Origin: Vicugna vicugna
Lineage: Eukaryota
Reading direction: 5' to 3'
Assembly (NCBI GenBank): GCA_013265495.1
Contig: MU058065.1
Location: 10,395,720-10,459,719 of the forward strand
Length of the DNA stretch: 64,000 bases
Every line of letters begins with the position of its first letter. Positions within the stretch are counted from its first letter, which is position 1. The translations under genes and the position numbers were made by a program. Of this stretch, positions 1 through 13,130 are shown piece after piece. The notes below the pieces were generated by a model. It searched no databases, was not told the origin of the DNA, and saw only the letters and a program-made list of their open reading frames with translations.

Positions 1-2282
1 TGATTCTCCCTCTCAGGAGATTGGACTAGATTAACAGAGGACTGGTTAGCTGAATAGATGTGGAAAATGAGTTAAAAGAGAAATGTTGTATAAAAGCAAG
101 ATTACTAGAATAGGGATCTAAATTTAGATTGCTGCTAGGGTCAATGAAAATAATTCGAGTGTTAGGGCTGAGATTCCATTTTCCTGAGTTATATTCCAGC
201 TTCCCTAAGCACTGTCTGTCCTGGATTTCCATGAAGTCTAACCTTCCATTTAAGGGATAGGCAGTATATCAATTATTTAATAGGTAGTCTGATTGTCTCC
301 ATCAGTTGAAATTAATTGAACACAAATTACATTCATGACTACATTTTACCACTTTTTGCAGTGGTGGAATGAGAGCAGTGGTGTATCCTGTTAAACTTCA
401 TTCTCTTTGAGAGAAAGCACTACATTTTATTCTAGTTCAGAACTTGGGATACCGTAGGTGCTCAACACATGTTTGTAAAATTAATGTAGGGAATGGCTAT
501 GTGTAGAATATGAAAATGAAAAAAGGAAATAGAAAAAATAAAGAAGACAAAGATATAAAAAGCTTTATATTCACAGTAGTAAACAGAATATAACATCAGG
601 CCAATTTTGAAGAATAGCCCTGTATTGATGATTTTTTTTTAAATTTGTAGATCTCTGGTTGCATTAAATAATAAAAGAAAATTCAGTACTGAAATGAAAA
701 CATTGTTTAGTACTTTCTTAAGAATTGTGTTTTGAGGATCCTAGAATTAAAGAAAGGGATGGTGAAATTCATGTTTTTCCTCCCAATCCATTGATATTTT
801 TTCCTCAGTTGCTTTGCTGGTATCTACGAGTGAATGAAGGGAGACATATTTGAAAAATCTGATATTATGCTTGTGAGTACTCTACTAAATCCATGAGTGT
901 AACTTATGTTAACAAATAAAATATTATGCTAACTTTGACTTGAAATTGTGAAATATGGAGACTGTTCAGAAAGTCTGGGAAAATAAACATACTTTTATTT
1001 TGGGATAAAGGAATCAATATTCTTCCACATGTTCTTATTATATCACATATATGAAGGAGATACTTATACTTAAATTCTAAGTTTTATTTTAAACTGAAAA
1101 TCTATTTCTTGCCATCAAGTCTGGATATGCACCACACTTTTGAAAGCTATTTATTTTTTATGAGTATTTTTGGTAATATTAGACTTTTTTTTCTACCACC
1201 CCCAGCACTGATTTTTTAAACTACCAATACAGTTGATAGGGTTTGTTTCTGTGAGTAGGCTGAGAATTTATCTTCAGCTAAGAATGATATTCCTAGAATC
1301 TTAATTATTATTTTTTCTTTTTATTTGAGACTTCAGACATAAAAATCTTTTTTGGAATTAATCCTCTGTGTATTTGGTTTATAATTGTTATATAGATGCA
1401 AATTGCTTTCCATTAACATCCATTGTTTTATTTCCTTTTATTTGTGAACTAAATTAAATGTTCTTCTTTACTGAATGCATAGATCATAGACTCAGATAAT
1501 GCAAATGACCTCTAAAGTTTATAGTAAATGAATTGCATGGCTTTGAGCCACTAATACATCTTTATATTTCTTTCCCTCTTTAATCTTTGAAAATAATTTT
1601 ATAGTATATATCTCTCTCTATATATACATACACACATATTATAAAATAAAGATATCATTCACCCTTTATTTCACATAGTGGATTAAAAAAAACACATGAC
1701 TGACCTTTAATACAAGTTATGCTATATATTGCACAATCTTTTTTTCTACCACCCTCTTCTGGGTGTGATATACCTTGGATTTCAAGTTAACATCTCTCAA
1801 TCTAATTGTCTTATTCTAAATAATTCATAGAAGCATGGAAAAGTGGGGCAGTTCTACTGTTGACATACATTGAGAACTGTACAGATACTGTTACCTTGAT
1901 TTAAGTGAGAATGCTGTTGAATTCTGGTTTAAAATGAGAGTTTGAAAATGCTTCTAGTTTGGACCCCCATCCCACCCTACCTCTCAGCTCCTGTTGAATA
2001 AAATAAATTATATTTAAATTAGATCAAAGAATCCTGGAAAAGGTCAAAAGATGCCAAATGTTTGGAGGATTTTCTTTACAATGGAAAATAAACAATTAAA
2101 TTGACTGAGACCTCCATAGCAAAAAATACCAATTATAGAACTAATTGATTCTTCCCAGGCAGCTGTGAAAATATCAACTTAGAAGCAATAAATACAATGT
2201 ACCTAAAGGAATGAGTGATTAGAAAGTCATCAGGGTTATTAATTTAATATGCATTGAAAATAGCTGGACTCTTAATCCTCTA

Positions 2283-2638
2283 TGCTATGGTTTGGATGTC
2301 TTTGTTGAACCTCCCAAATTCATAATTCATATATTGAAATCCTATTCCTTAATGTGATGATATTAAGTGGTGGAGTCTTTAGGGGGTGATGAGGTCATGA
2401 GCTCTCATGAATGATTTTTTTTTAAATAAAAGAGAATTCAGAGAGATCCCTTGCCCCTTCCACCCTGTGAGAAAAGAGAGAAGTCAGCAGTCTTTTGGCT
2501 GAAAGAGGCCCCCACCGAACTGTGCTAGCACCCTGATCATGGACTTTTGCCTCTGGAAGTGTGAGAAATGAATTTCTGTTGTTAATAAGCTACCCAATCT
2601 GTGGTATTTTATTATAGCAGCAACAAAAGGCTAAGACT
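2283..2638 (+). mobile_element. MaLR solo LTR (MLT1A/MST-like)
   Basis: Starts TGCTATGGTTTGGATGT, contains CCCAAATTCATA...GAAATCCTA and ATTAAGTGGTGG...TTTAGGGGGTGATGAGGTCATGAG, and ends GTGGTATTTTATTATAGCAGC...CTAAGAC, matching recalled MLT1A motifs. Confidence 0.85.
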
Positions 2639-2999
2639 GCATACCTTCTTACTATGTTTAGTTCTGTTGTTAGCAACAGTTTCTTCTCCCTAATATAAAG
2701 CACTTAAACTTCTCTCTAAAATAAATACATAATTTATGTAGGTGTTTTCCTTTTGAGTGGGATAAGGGGGAAAATGGGCATCTTTGTTTCATATGGAAAT
2801 CTACTAAGCAGATCCATTTTCAAATTAAAGATTTCTTTATCTTGAACTTTATAAGGGTGCCTAGGCTGCTTACAGTTTTCTGCTTATACTCCTTAGAGTG
2901 AAAACTGACTTAACCCTCCATTTAAGAGAAAGTGTTTAGAAAACAGGCCTGCTGAACTACAAAGATAAGTTGACTCCCTATACAAATAAAATTAGTCCA

Positions 3000-3680
3000 T
3001 TATTAAAAATCAGTATGTAAGTGGATAATAAGAATTGCTAGTACACAAGAGATCAAGATGAACCAATAAATTTCTACACAGAAAATTATGAATAGTTCAG
3101 TAAAGAAGAGAAAACTCTATTACTATTATTTGAGAGGGTATTTTAAGCAAAAGGAAGAAAGTGCTGCAAAACAAAAGAAACAATTAAAGAAAAAATGTCT
3201 TTGGAGGTTAAAAATTGTTTACTAAACATAATTTTATATTATAATAACAATTGTCAAGCTGGAAGCCTAGAAAATAAAGTCAAAGGAGTTCTGAGTAAAG
3301 GCTAACAATATGTGTAGCAAAATGTAGCATAGATTCTTGAGTTTCAACATCCTAATAACAGTAATTTCAGGGTGGAAGGAGAAACAAGAAAAGGGAAATA
3401 GACACTAATGAAATTCTTGACATATTATAGTATGATATAAATAATATCTTAGAACCTTCCAGAGAAACTTAACATAACAAGGAGTAAGAATCATATTTAA
3501 AGCAGTTTGTCATGAGCAACACTGAATGCTAGATATCACAAAAGCAATGCCTTCAAAGTCCCTATGGCAAGTGCCTATGAACATGATATTAATGTCTTAT
3601 CAGTCAAGTGTGAGTGTAAGTAAAGAAATTTTTTAGACATTCACATATTCAGGACATTTACCAATGCTCTTCTCCCACCC
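3000..3680 (+). mobile_element. Old L1/HAL1 ORF1-region fragment
   Basis: A-rich, with ORF1 3' motifs (AGCAACACTGAATGCTAGA...AGCAATGCCTTCAAAGTCC); heavily decayed. Confidence 0.55.
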
Positions 3681-3699
3681 CAATAAATACTACAAAATC

Positions 3700-3810
3700 T
3701 ATTTGTTTATGCATACACAGACAAACATGTGTGACACACATACATCCACATACATATATACGTACACAGACATATATATAATATATATGCATGCATATAT
3801 GTATATATAT
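3700..3810. repeat. Degenerate (CA)n/(TA)n microsatellite
   Basis: Alternating purine-pyrimidine run seen directly; it explains the I/Y/V/C-rich ORF at 3658-3846. Confidence 0.85.
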
Positions 3811-4164
3811 TTTCTTTAAGTTGATAAAGCAAAAGAAAGGCTTCAATATATTGTTTAAACTGTTAATGGTTCCTCGAAAGAAAATTTAAAAATAAATTGT
3901 TCACAGTTGTTATTCCTGAAAAGGCATAAAGAGATTTAGGAGGTATATTTAACATTTCATTTAATATAATTTCATTGTATTTGATTTTTTTTAATCCATG
4001 AATATCATTAATGATAATATAAATAATAAAGAGTCGGAGGATCAAACAGTGTCTTTTATTTGTTACACTTAGTAAATTTTTACAGATTGCCTACTGGGCT
4101 AGTCTCATACTGGGTTGTCGGTGGTGACCAAACACACATTTTCTCTGCACTCACAATAGTGACT

Positions 4165-4393
4165 TGGTGGGAGAGAATGCAAACTTTAAAGTCAGACTGC
4201 TTGATTTTTATTTCTATTGCAATATACCTATTCACTGTGTGATTTTTAAAATTGATTAATCTGTTTCTCAGTGTCTTCCTTTGGAAGAGCTTCTACTTCC
4301 TTAAATTTGTTGTGAGGCTTGAATTAGTTAATGTATATAAAGCATTTAGAAGAGTACTTGTCATATGGCAAATGCTATAAAATGCAAACTATT
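4165..4393 (+). mobile_element. MIR SINE
   Basis: AAAGTCAGACTGC...TTCTCAGTGTCTTCC...TTGTTGTGAGGCTTGAATTAGTTAATGTATATAAAGCATTTAGAA (MIR core and tail). Confidence 0.8.
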
Positions 4394-4394
4394 C

Positions 4395-4533
4395 CTTTTT
4401 ATATTGAAGTATAGTCAGTTACAATGTGCCAATTTCTGGTGTACAGCATAATGCCCCAGTGATGCATATATATATATACATATGTTCATTTTCATATTCT
4501 TTTAAGGTTATTACCAGATATTGAGTATAGTTC
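4395..4533 (-). mobile_element. Short 3' end of a lineage-specific L1 (cetartiodactyl/camelid type)
   Basis: T-run then ATTGAAGTATAGTCAGTTACAATGTG..AATTTCTGGTGTACAGCATAATG; homologous to copies at 15957, 26064 and 58965 in this window. Confidence 0.85.
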
Positions 4534-6929
4534 TTATCATTATATTCTAATAGGAAGAGCATACAATTCTGTAAATCTATACAATAAAATGAGATGAGCC
4601 TATTAGTTTGACATATTGTATATCATGGAAACATTTATGTGGCTAATGAAAACATATGCCTTTATTCTTACAGTATGTTTCTAAGGGAGAAATAATAGCT
4701 GCCCTTTTAAAAACTAAACACTTAGGTGATAAAGAATGGTTTAAAACTACACTTACCAGGAAAGCTCAGAAACCTAGACTCCAGGCATCATGCATGTTCT
4801 ATGCAATCATTTACGTGAACCATCTGGAATCTGGCATCTGTATTCCAGATTTATGATTTAGAGCCTTAGGAGCTTTTTAAAAAGCTCTAAACCATCGTAT
4901 CTTTTTTTTTTTTTACTGAAGTCAATTTATTTTAGGGTGTTATCTTTTGCAATATAATTATATATCCTCGTTTTCAGATATTTTTTCCCTGAGTGAATTA
5001 AATGTTTTCTTTTTTATGACATAATTATTTTTTAAGATTGACTTTTGTTCTACACTGCCTCACAAACATTAAGAATTGTAGTGAGTGTTTCATAATTTAT
5101 ATTTGAGTACTCAATAGGTAGGCTTTAAAAAAATGATTATTATATTAACTTGGCACCAGGAAACTAATGTACTTTTTTCCAGATCCCTCAATTTGGTTAT
5201 ATCCTTATGTCCAAGGCAGGCTAGGAATTGATCAGTTCTTCTTGAAAGAGTGGCAGTGGGACATCAGGATTCCTATTCTAGTCAAAGTGTGTAGATGAAG
5301 AGCATTACTAAGGAGGGGAACTAGAAATATCGAGAAGAGCCAGGTTCATAGTTTTAAGCAGGGCATCAAATCTAAATTATGAGATGAAAGTAAAACTGAG
5401 ATAATGAACAATAAAGCCAGGTATTGAGAATGAGAAAGTAGATAAAAGTAGATGCATGAAACATGTCAAAGAGAATAGTTCAGTTTTGAAACTGAATTTC
5501 AAATATGTAGCAAGACAGATATTGGGATGGTGGACTCTGAGAATCCATGTAGAACTAGAGATGCCCTTTTTATTCAGGCATTTCCTCTACTTGTTCTTCG
5601 ATACCTTGATGTTAATTTCTTCCTAACCTGTTCTTCACATTATTGCTGGATCAACATTGATTAAGCATTACTTCCATTACATCATTTTCATGCTAAAGGA
5701 CAAATAGTAGAGTTATCTTAATATGAAGGCTCATCTACTCTGCTTCTAATTTTGTACATACCTAATACATGCAACTTCATCCCATTATTGAGCAGCAACA
5801 CCCTGTTTAGTGCAGAATTCCAGTATACTTTCTGCCACAAGCTTTGTGCTCACTTTTTAATTTCTGAATTCTTATGCCTGTACTATAACCAACTATGATA
5901 TGTCTCAACTCTTATGTCTTTAATATTCTATGAAAACTTCTCTAACTCCTCTGAACTCTGTTTAAAAATTCTCTACTTGATTTATATATAATAAAATTTT
6001 ATTTTCCAAATAGATTTTACATTCATTGAAATCAAATGCCTTTCACTCATATGTTTCTTAGTAATTCTTCAGCACAGACTAAGATTCTCTGTCCTTTAGC
6101 AGGGCTTGTAGATAAATTGATTTTATTTGACTTTTTGCTTCCCTTTTTTCTGCTTCAGTGACCAAGCATCATCTTTTTTTGACGGACATTTTTTTCATGT
6201 CTTATTGTAATGACTAACACTTCACCATAAGAGTGACCATTAAAGATGATAGCAGGCATCTTGGTCTTCTTACTTTGATGAGATTGCCTCTCACATTCAC
6301 TGTTAACATGATTTTATTTTTTAAAAAATAAATACTCATAATGCTTATTTATATATTCAGATTTTCTCTGAACTAAAAGTGTAACAATCTCTTATAGGTG
6401 ACATTCCTTATTAATCTTTTAAGTATAGCTTTTACAGCTTACCACAGATAGCTTTCCACTCATTTGCATTTGTGGAAGGTGGAAAATCACTGTGGAAAAA
6501 GATAAAAGAATCTGTAACCTAGGACAAATTAAGCACCATTGAATACAAGGATACTATACTAAAATCAGGGGAATTACATGAGAGTTTACTTTCTAAGTGT
6601 TGATATTCCTGTCTTCTTCTGCTTTGAGCTCACAGAATATTGGCAACCAGACTTAAACCTTTCAGACAGGACAGTGGGAGAGTCTTTTCTGGGAAATATG
6701 AAAAGCCCAGGAAAAAAATACCTAAAAATACTTAAATTGGTGTGTCTCCAATGACAAAGCTTATCCAGGTTACCATGTGCTGAGTTCCATAGTTGACAAT
6801 TAATACTCTTGGGCACAGAACTTTCAACAGATTTTTCAGTGCCCCTTCCTTAAAACAGACAATAAGGTGTCATCTATGTCTGTGGAAACAGACAGTACAG
6901 GGTCATCATATGTCTGTGGGAATTTTCTA

Positions 6930-7720
6930 GTGTAAAATACAAAGATCAAAACTAATGAACAACAAGAAAGGCAACTTGGAAGAAAGATCGTATAGATAAA
7001 TCTTCACCATCTTTGAGAGATAAGTTAATTTACTGAATTCTTGTTAATTTAATGAATTTTTGAACAAGAATAGGTTGCTTTTGAAAAAGAATATCTGAAA
7101 CATAAAAGTGAGCTCTTCAAAATTAAAATGTATATTTAAAAACTCAAAAACATCTAGAGAATAAAATGAGGAAATATTGCAGGGAGAAGAATGTGGAAAA
7201 TAGGAAATAAAAGATATAATGATTAGTTCTATTTTAATTTCCAAATAATATGAGTGACAGAAAGATCAAAGAAAATGGAAAGGAAGGAGTCATTAATGAT
7301 GAATCAAGATAATTTCCTAAACTTGAAGAATATATGTTTTCAGATTGAAAGAGCCCATTGAGTACCCAATAAAATGGATGAAACAGGGAGCAAGCCAAGG
7401 CATGTTGCCATGAAATTTCAGAACATTGAGAGAAAGATCTGGCAAGCCTCTGCAGAATAAAATAAAAACATAGTAAATACAGAGAGTAAATAATCAGCTA
7501 CACTAGAGACTATTATAAGTTGGAACAGTGCTTCAAAACAATGAAGTAAAATTATTTCCACTAGATTTCTATACCTATTAATTAAATATGAAAGTAATAT
7601 GATAGTGCATTAAGATATGCAAGGTCTGGAACTCATCTCTCTTCCCTGCACACTTTCTCACTAGCAGTTGGTAGAGGTGCCACTTAAACCAAGGAATAAA
7701 GCAAGAGAGAACCAACATGG
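6930..7720 (+). mobile_element. HAL1/L1M ORF1-like fragment
   Basis: TTTCAGATTGAAAGAGCCCATTGAGTACCC...CCAAGGCATGTTGCCATGAAATTTCAGAAC, resembling the L1 ORF1 RRM region (IERAH..P..PR.I..KF). Confidence 0.7.
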
Positions 7721-8239
7721 GTTAGATCTGTGCATGTCTCTGTTTGCCAAGTGCACGGTGTAGAGAGTTAAACCTCAATTCCCACGTTAAAAAGTGGATA
7801 AGAAATTCCTAAGCCTTGAAAGTTAGAAGCAATACTAAAGCATATTACTTTTATCTACAGAAGTTCCAAGGTAAATAGCTGAAAGATTTTTAAAGATTAC
7901 TTTTAGAAGGTTAAGTATGAAAAGAGAAGGGAAGAACAGTAAGCATTATAGATCTGTTTGACTCGTCAAACTGTGTGAATGTGTAACATGATAATAAAAG
8001 CACAAAAATTCAAAAGGAAGTTTTTAAATAAATGTCACTAAAATATTAAATTTGAGTAACTGGGGAGATGTTGGTCCAATGTCAGAAATATAGGTGTTTG
8101 AAAGACAGGCCCTCTGAGGGGAAATTAAGTTTAATTTGGAACAAATCAAGTTTGAGGTAGTTATGGGGCATACAAACAAATATATATTTTAATCTTTTTG
8201 AGATAGCATTAATAGTGGTAGTAATGATGGTATAGTAAT

Positions 8240-8600
8240 GTTAATGTATAAAAAGTGCTTATAATGGTACTGTCTTTAATACTTTATATATATATAATTA
8301 TTTATAATAATTTTTCAATTTATTTCCAATTATTTACTTTGGTTGGTAGAACCCATAGATGCAGAACTGGTAGATATGGAGGGCCCACTGTACTATGCCA
8401 TTTTATATAAGGGACTTTAGCATCTCTGGGTTTTAGTATCTGAGGAGGTCCTGGAACCAAGCCCCTGAGGATACTGAGGGAGGACTGCACCATCCTCTTT
8501 CTACAGACATGAGTATGTAGACACAGAAAGAAGAGGTGAACTCCTCAAGGTTACAGCTTCCTCAGTAGTAGATTCAGGACTTTAGAGCTTCTGTTTCTAA
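8240..8600 (-). mobile_element. MIR fragment interrupted by MER2
   Basis: Reverse-strand MIR motifs on both sides of the MER2 (CATCCTCTTTCTACAGACATGAG...CTCAAGGTTACAGCT). Confidence 0.55.
8310..8487 (-). mobile_element. MER2-like Tigger (TcMar) non-autonomous DNA transposon
   Basis: GCCATTTTATATAAGGGACTTTAGCATC...GGTCCTGGAACCAAGCCCCTGAGGATACTGAGGGAGGACTG is the reverse complement of the recalled MER2 5' end and terminal inverted repeat (TIR). Confidence 0.85.
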
Positions 8601-9128
8601 CCCGCAAAACCCTGTTGTTAATCTCCAAGCCATTTGGTAGAGTGAACCATAGAAAAATAAAAAAGCACTTAGAAAAGAAACACTCAACAAATAATACATT
8701 CTTCAGATTCTAGTAATTTGATGCGAGTCCCATATTGGGTTTGTTTCCATATGTAGGGTAAAAAGAAGTGAGTTATCAAAGGTCAGTACTATTTTGAAAT
8801 AGCAAGTAATTTTCCTTTTATCATTTAGATCGCTATGGTATTAACCTACTTCATAGCTTTGATAAGGCACATGAAGGCAGTATCTAGACTTCCCCTAAAA
8901 TTTAAGCTCTGCATTGGATCTAGGTTTTAAACTATATAAAATATTGTTGCAGGTCTTTATATATATTTTTAACATGGGAATGCTATTCAGATTTTAAAAT
9001 ATTAATTTTTTAAAAGAATTTAATTCCAGAAAAATTATTGTTTCTAAATGTGTGAAAATATAACACTCTTATTTATTCTTTTCGATTTTGCAAAGAAAAT
9101 TTCATATCATAAAATACATTTAAAGGAA

Positions 9129-9316
9129 ATTTGGTCCTGTCTAAAGTGTTTGTAAGACATTTACATCCACCAGAAGGTCCTTGATTGATATTTGGTCCTC
9201 TCCAAAACCATTTGGCATGGATCAAACATACTTATGAATGTTCTTGATAAGACCAAATTTCAAGGACCTTTTGGGGTAGACCAAGTGTCTTACAGACATT
9301 TTGGACAGGATCAAAT
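9129..9316. repeat. Long imperfect inverted repeat (fold-back, ~78-80 bp arms) made of ~29-30 bp modules; possibly an ancient palindromic MITE
   Basis: Left arm ATTTGGTCCTGTCTAAAGTGTTTGTAAGACATTT...AAGGTCCTTGA versus the reverse complement of the right arm ATTTGATCCTGTCCAAAATGTCTGTAAGACACTT...AAGGTCCTTGA. Confidence 0.9.
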
Positions 9317-11272
9317 GTCTGTGGAAAACATTAAAAATGTAGTTTCTGTCTCAATAGAAAATAATGTGTTGATCAAGAAAAAAGTTTTCCAATGAAAAAA
9401 ATCACAGCTTTTATTAGAAAGAGAACTGAAATTATTTAAAATAGTCAGTGACTTAATGAGTTTTGATAATATGTAAGAATAAAGATCCTGTTCTTTCCCC
9501 AGACTGCGATTTTTGGTGAGGTAAGAGTAATATTTTAGAGAAATAAAATAAACTCAACCTTAATTTTGACTGCCCACCCCAAATTAATGGGATTTAATTT
9601 CCATGATCTTGTTTTTTGTTTATAGAATCTTGACCTATGTTTGTTAGGCTGAGTAAGGATTTTATACTAAAATGAATGACCCTTAGAAGTACAGTTTTTA
9701 TTTTTGAATATATGCATAGTGAATATTCATGCAGCTGGACTTATAAAACGAAAAAAAATCATGTATTTTCTGTAGTTATATGTCTATTTTCTCTGTTTAT
9801 CAGTAAATACTTACATGTGCACCAAGAATCTCAGAATTCCCTGCATAGTATTAGTTTCACTAAGCAGAATTTTTTTTGTTGTTGTTTTACTTTTGTGTAT
9901 TGGAAGAATTCAGTTAAACATTATTTATTTAGTTTTGTTAATTTTTCAAGTTTCTAGTTAATATGAGAACATATTTTCCCAAGGATTAAGTTTTAGGTAA
10001 CCTCTATCTGTTCTTTATAACTTCAGTCTCTCCACACATCCACTCCTCAAGAATAAAGAATTTATTCTTTTCTTAAGCTGTTATGCAAATGCCAAGTCCA
10101 AAGTATGAATATTTCTCAACATAGTTTTTCCTTTTTAAATGCCTGCTCAAATGAAATTTGAATAGGACTAGATTATTCTCCCTTCAAAGAACATTAGGAA
10201 ATGATACATCTTCATTCAGATTTTAGCTTTCCTCAATTCTGAGGTCTCTGAGAGAGATTAATCTTGTATTTCACATGCATAAAACTGTTCTTGTGTCCTG
10301 TATAAATTCTGTTCTACTTGATTCCTTCTCTTTTCCTCAAGAGAAAAGAGTATCAAATTTGAATCATTAAATTAATAATGATGAATATATAAATATCTTT
10401 AATTTTCTGCTAATTTAAGAACAATGAACATATTACCTTGGAGTAATATATATGTGTTAATAAAGAGAATGGGTACGCACAGTTTCTTGAAAACCTCTCC
10501 TATATGGATCTATTTTTCATTCTAAAAAATCCACACATGGTTACACTGAAAAATACATCAAGACAAATTTGTTGTTATAGGTTGTGAGGAAATGTTTGAA
10601 ATGTGTAGAATTTATAGTAGAAAAAAGTACAAGATTGAAAAATTATGGTTAGAAAATGTTGCCTAAGTTTGTTTCTATATCATATAATGTTATGTAATAC
10701 TGTATTATATTTCCTCAATGTGTTCAACAGTGAACACAACATATTTTCATTCCCATTTTATAAGTGAGGATTCTAAAGCCCACAGATCTTCAGTGAACTG
10801 TAAAAAGTCACATGATTGGTAACAGATCCAATGTAGTACCAGAAAGATCAATTTGGCATCCCAAAATTCAACCCCTTGCAGGAAAAGTATAGTCTCTTCT
10901 CTCTCTCACTGTGTCAGTCATTAACTTATAAATCATAGAACTTGCATCTATAGGTAGAGGGAGAAAAATGGAAAAGTGGATATAAATATGTGAATGTTAC
11001 AACTGAGAATTAATATGAACTCAATGACTGACTAACGTTTAAAGAAAAGCCTAAAAACAGAATTGTTATTTAATAATAGTTGAATTTTAACAGGAATAGA
11101 ACCTTTTTTTTTACTTTTCATCATATTTTACAGTTAAATCTGTTTCCTGCATTCCCTATCTGAAATAAATTCACCATAATATTTGAAGTTTAGAAAAACT
11201 TGTCCCTGCCTTCTAAGAGCTCGTAATTCTTGATGAAAGAAAAGAGAAATAGACCAAATATTTCCTTAAATA

Positions 11273-11443
11273 TTGCTGACCTTTGAACAATCCACTTATA
11301 AGTGGATATTTTTCAGTAGTAAATATTACAGTACTACACAGTTTGTGGTGGGTTGGATACACAGATACAGCAGAACCTTGGATATGGAGGACCAACTATA
11401 AATTATATTTGAATTAACCCTTGTGTTGTTCAGGGGTCAACTG
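11273..11443 (+). mobile_element. Tigger2-derived MITE (Tigger2a/MER28-like)
   Basis: TIRs (TT)GCTGACCTTTGAACAA and TTGTTCAGGGGTCAACTG, flanked by TA on both sides. Confidence 0.85.
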
Positions 11444-12299
11444 TATAACATTTTTACTATCTAATTACCTTGACACTCATGCATTTTTTTCCTTACTCAT
11501 CTCATTATTAGTGTTTTCCTTTGAAATGAATTAGAAACCTAACATTATTAACTGTTTTTTATTACTTGTCAGTATAAGAGAACTATTATATTTGTTATCC
11601 TGGATTATGCAAAAATGAAATCCTTAAAAAAATTAAACATTGCTATTCCCTGACTTACAGAATTTAGTGGTAAAAGATAAAGAGATGGGTGGTGAGAGGC
11701 TTAGTTCTTGGAAATCCACAGGTAAAACAAAGTTGTCTTTGACCACAACACTTTCATAAAAGTCAACCTCTTTCACTGATGTGCAAGGACATTTTGAATG
11801 CCAGCCATTAATCTAAGCAAATCAATGTAATTTTGATTAGTGCAATGTGAAGTTAGGATAAATTCCAGGCAAGAAAATTCTTTACATTATCAAACGCCAA
11901 CAAATATGTATGCTTAATTGAAGTCACCTAACACATAACATAAAAACACAATTAAGAAACATCTAATACAGAAAAATAATGATGAAAAAAATGCTGTGAT
12001 GGATATTATAAAACTAAAATTAAGTAATGTTCAGGGCCCAATGCTAAATACTGTTAATTAAAATAGTCAAAATTGCTAACAAAATAATTTTGGTGGCAGT
12101 GTATTTTCTAACACAGATTATCTATCATCTATCTGTCCATTTATCTACTTATAATCTGTATATTTACCTAACCCAGAAAAAACTGAAAATGATGGAGAAA
12201 ATATGTCTATAAATTTTATTAAAAAGAATTCCATATCGTAAACTTTTTGTTCATTCTCATTATCTTACAATCCTATAAAGCATCAAATTGTGCATAGGT

Positions 12300-12896
12300 A
12301 GATAACAGTAAATGGCAGAAATTGATATTTTGCAGCCACAACCACCAGGAAAACACCTGTAGTAGAATAATATTGGGTTTTTGACACCTTACAAAGGGAA
12401 GATGCCCACTATGGTCGAACATGAGGTGTTTCAGTAAAAGAATATTACAGGATTTGGGATTGTGTTGTCTGATTTTGACCAGGAGTCAAGGAAAGAGGTT
12501 TTGCTTTGCATTAGATAACATTAAGAAGCAAGGGTACTTCTATAATTGAGAATCTTAATTATTGTCTAGAAAATGATAATTGAGCAAGGCTAAAGTGACA
12601 ATTTGTAAAGAAGCAATAGTTACTGATTTTAGCCAGGATAAAGGGTTTGGATATTCCTGTGGTTTGCAAAATGTTGTTTATGTCTTTGTTCAGACTTGAT
12701 TATAGAGTGGTCTTACTTTTGCCTTGCTCCATCATGGTCAGAGAACAGTTTTCTCAGAGGTGTTTTATGAAATTGTTTATATTTAACAGGTGACCATCTT
12801 GATCTAGTTGGGAGTGCCAGGTGAGCTTGTAGCAAAAATGGAGTTGTAGCTATTTGTCACCTTCTGACTATCAGAGACCACTCTTTTCTTTCTCAC
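12300..12896 (-). mobile_element. Old ERV-type solo LTR (family not assigned)
   Basis: Begins TGAGAAAGAAAAG on the minus strand; internal motifs (TTGGGTTTTTGAC..., CAGGATTTGGGATTGTGTTG) resemble eutherian LTRs. Confidence 0.6.
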
Positions 12897-13057
12897 AGAT
12901 TTTCTCAAATTTTATTTAATCCTCTTGGTTCACTCCCCAACACAATGAATAGCTCAAATCTGATACTATATATGTATGACTCCTCTATGGCTCTTCTGGC
13001 AGGACTGTAACAATTCAACATCAGAAAAATAAAATAAAGTAAGATTAAAACATAATG

Positions 13058-13130
13058 ATAATAAATCTGTCTTTTTTTAAATCACTAAGTTCGTGGTAAG
13101 TTGTTATGACAGCAGTAGATAACTAATGCA
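13058..13130 (+). mobile_element. MLT1 LTR 3' fragment
   Basis: AATAAATCTG...CACTAAGTTCGTGGTAAGTTGTTATGACAGCAGTAGATAACTAAT is an MLT1 terminal motif. Confidence 0.7.

Noticed and set aside
6866..6922. Short imperfect direct repeat GTCATC(A)TATGTCTGTGG
   Set aside because: About 20 bp in two copies, consistent with ordinary local slippage.
9129..9316. CRISPR-like array
   Set aside because: The context is mammalian, and the modules are degenerate, inverted and lack unique spacers or cas genes.
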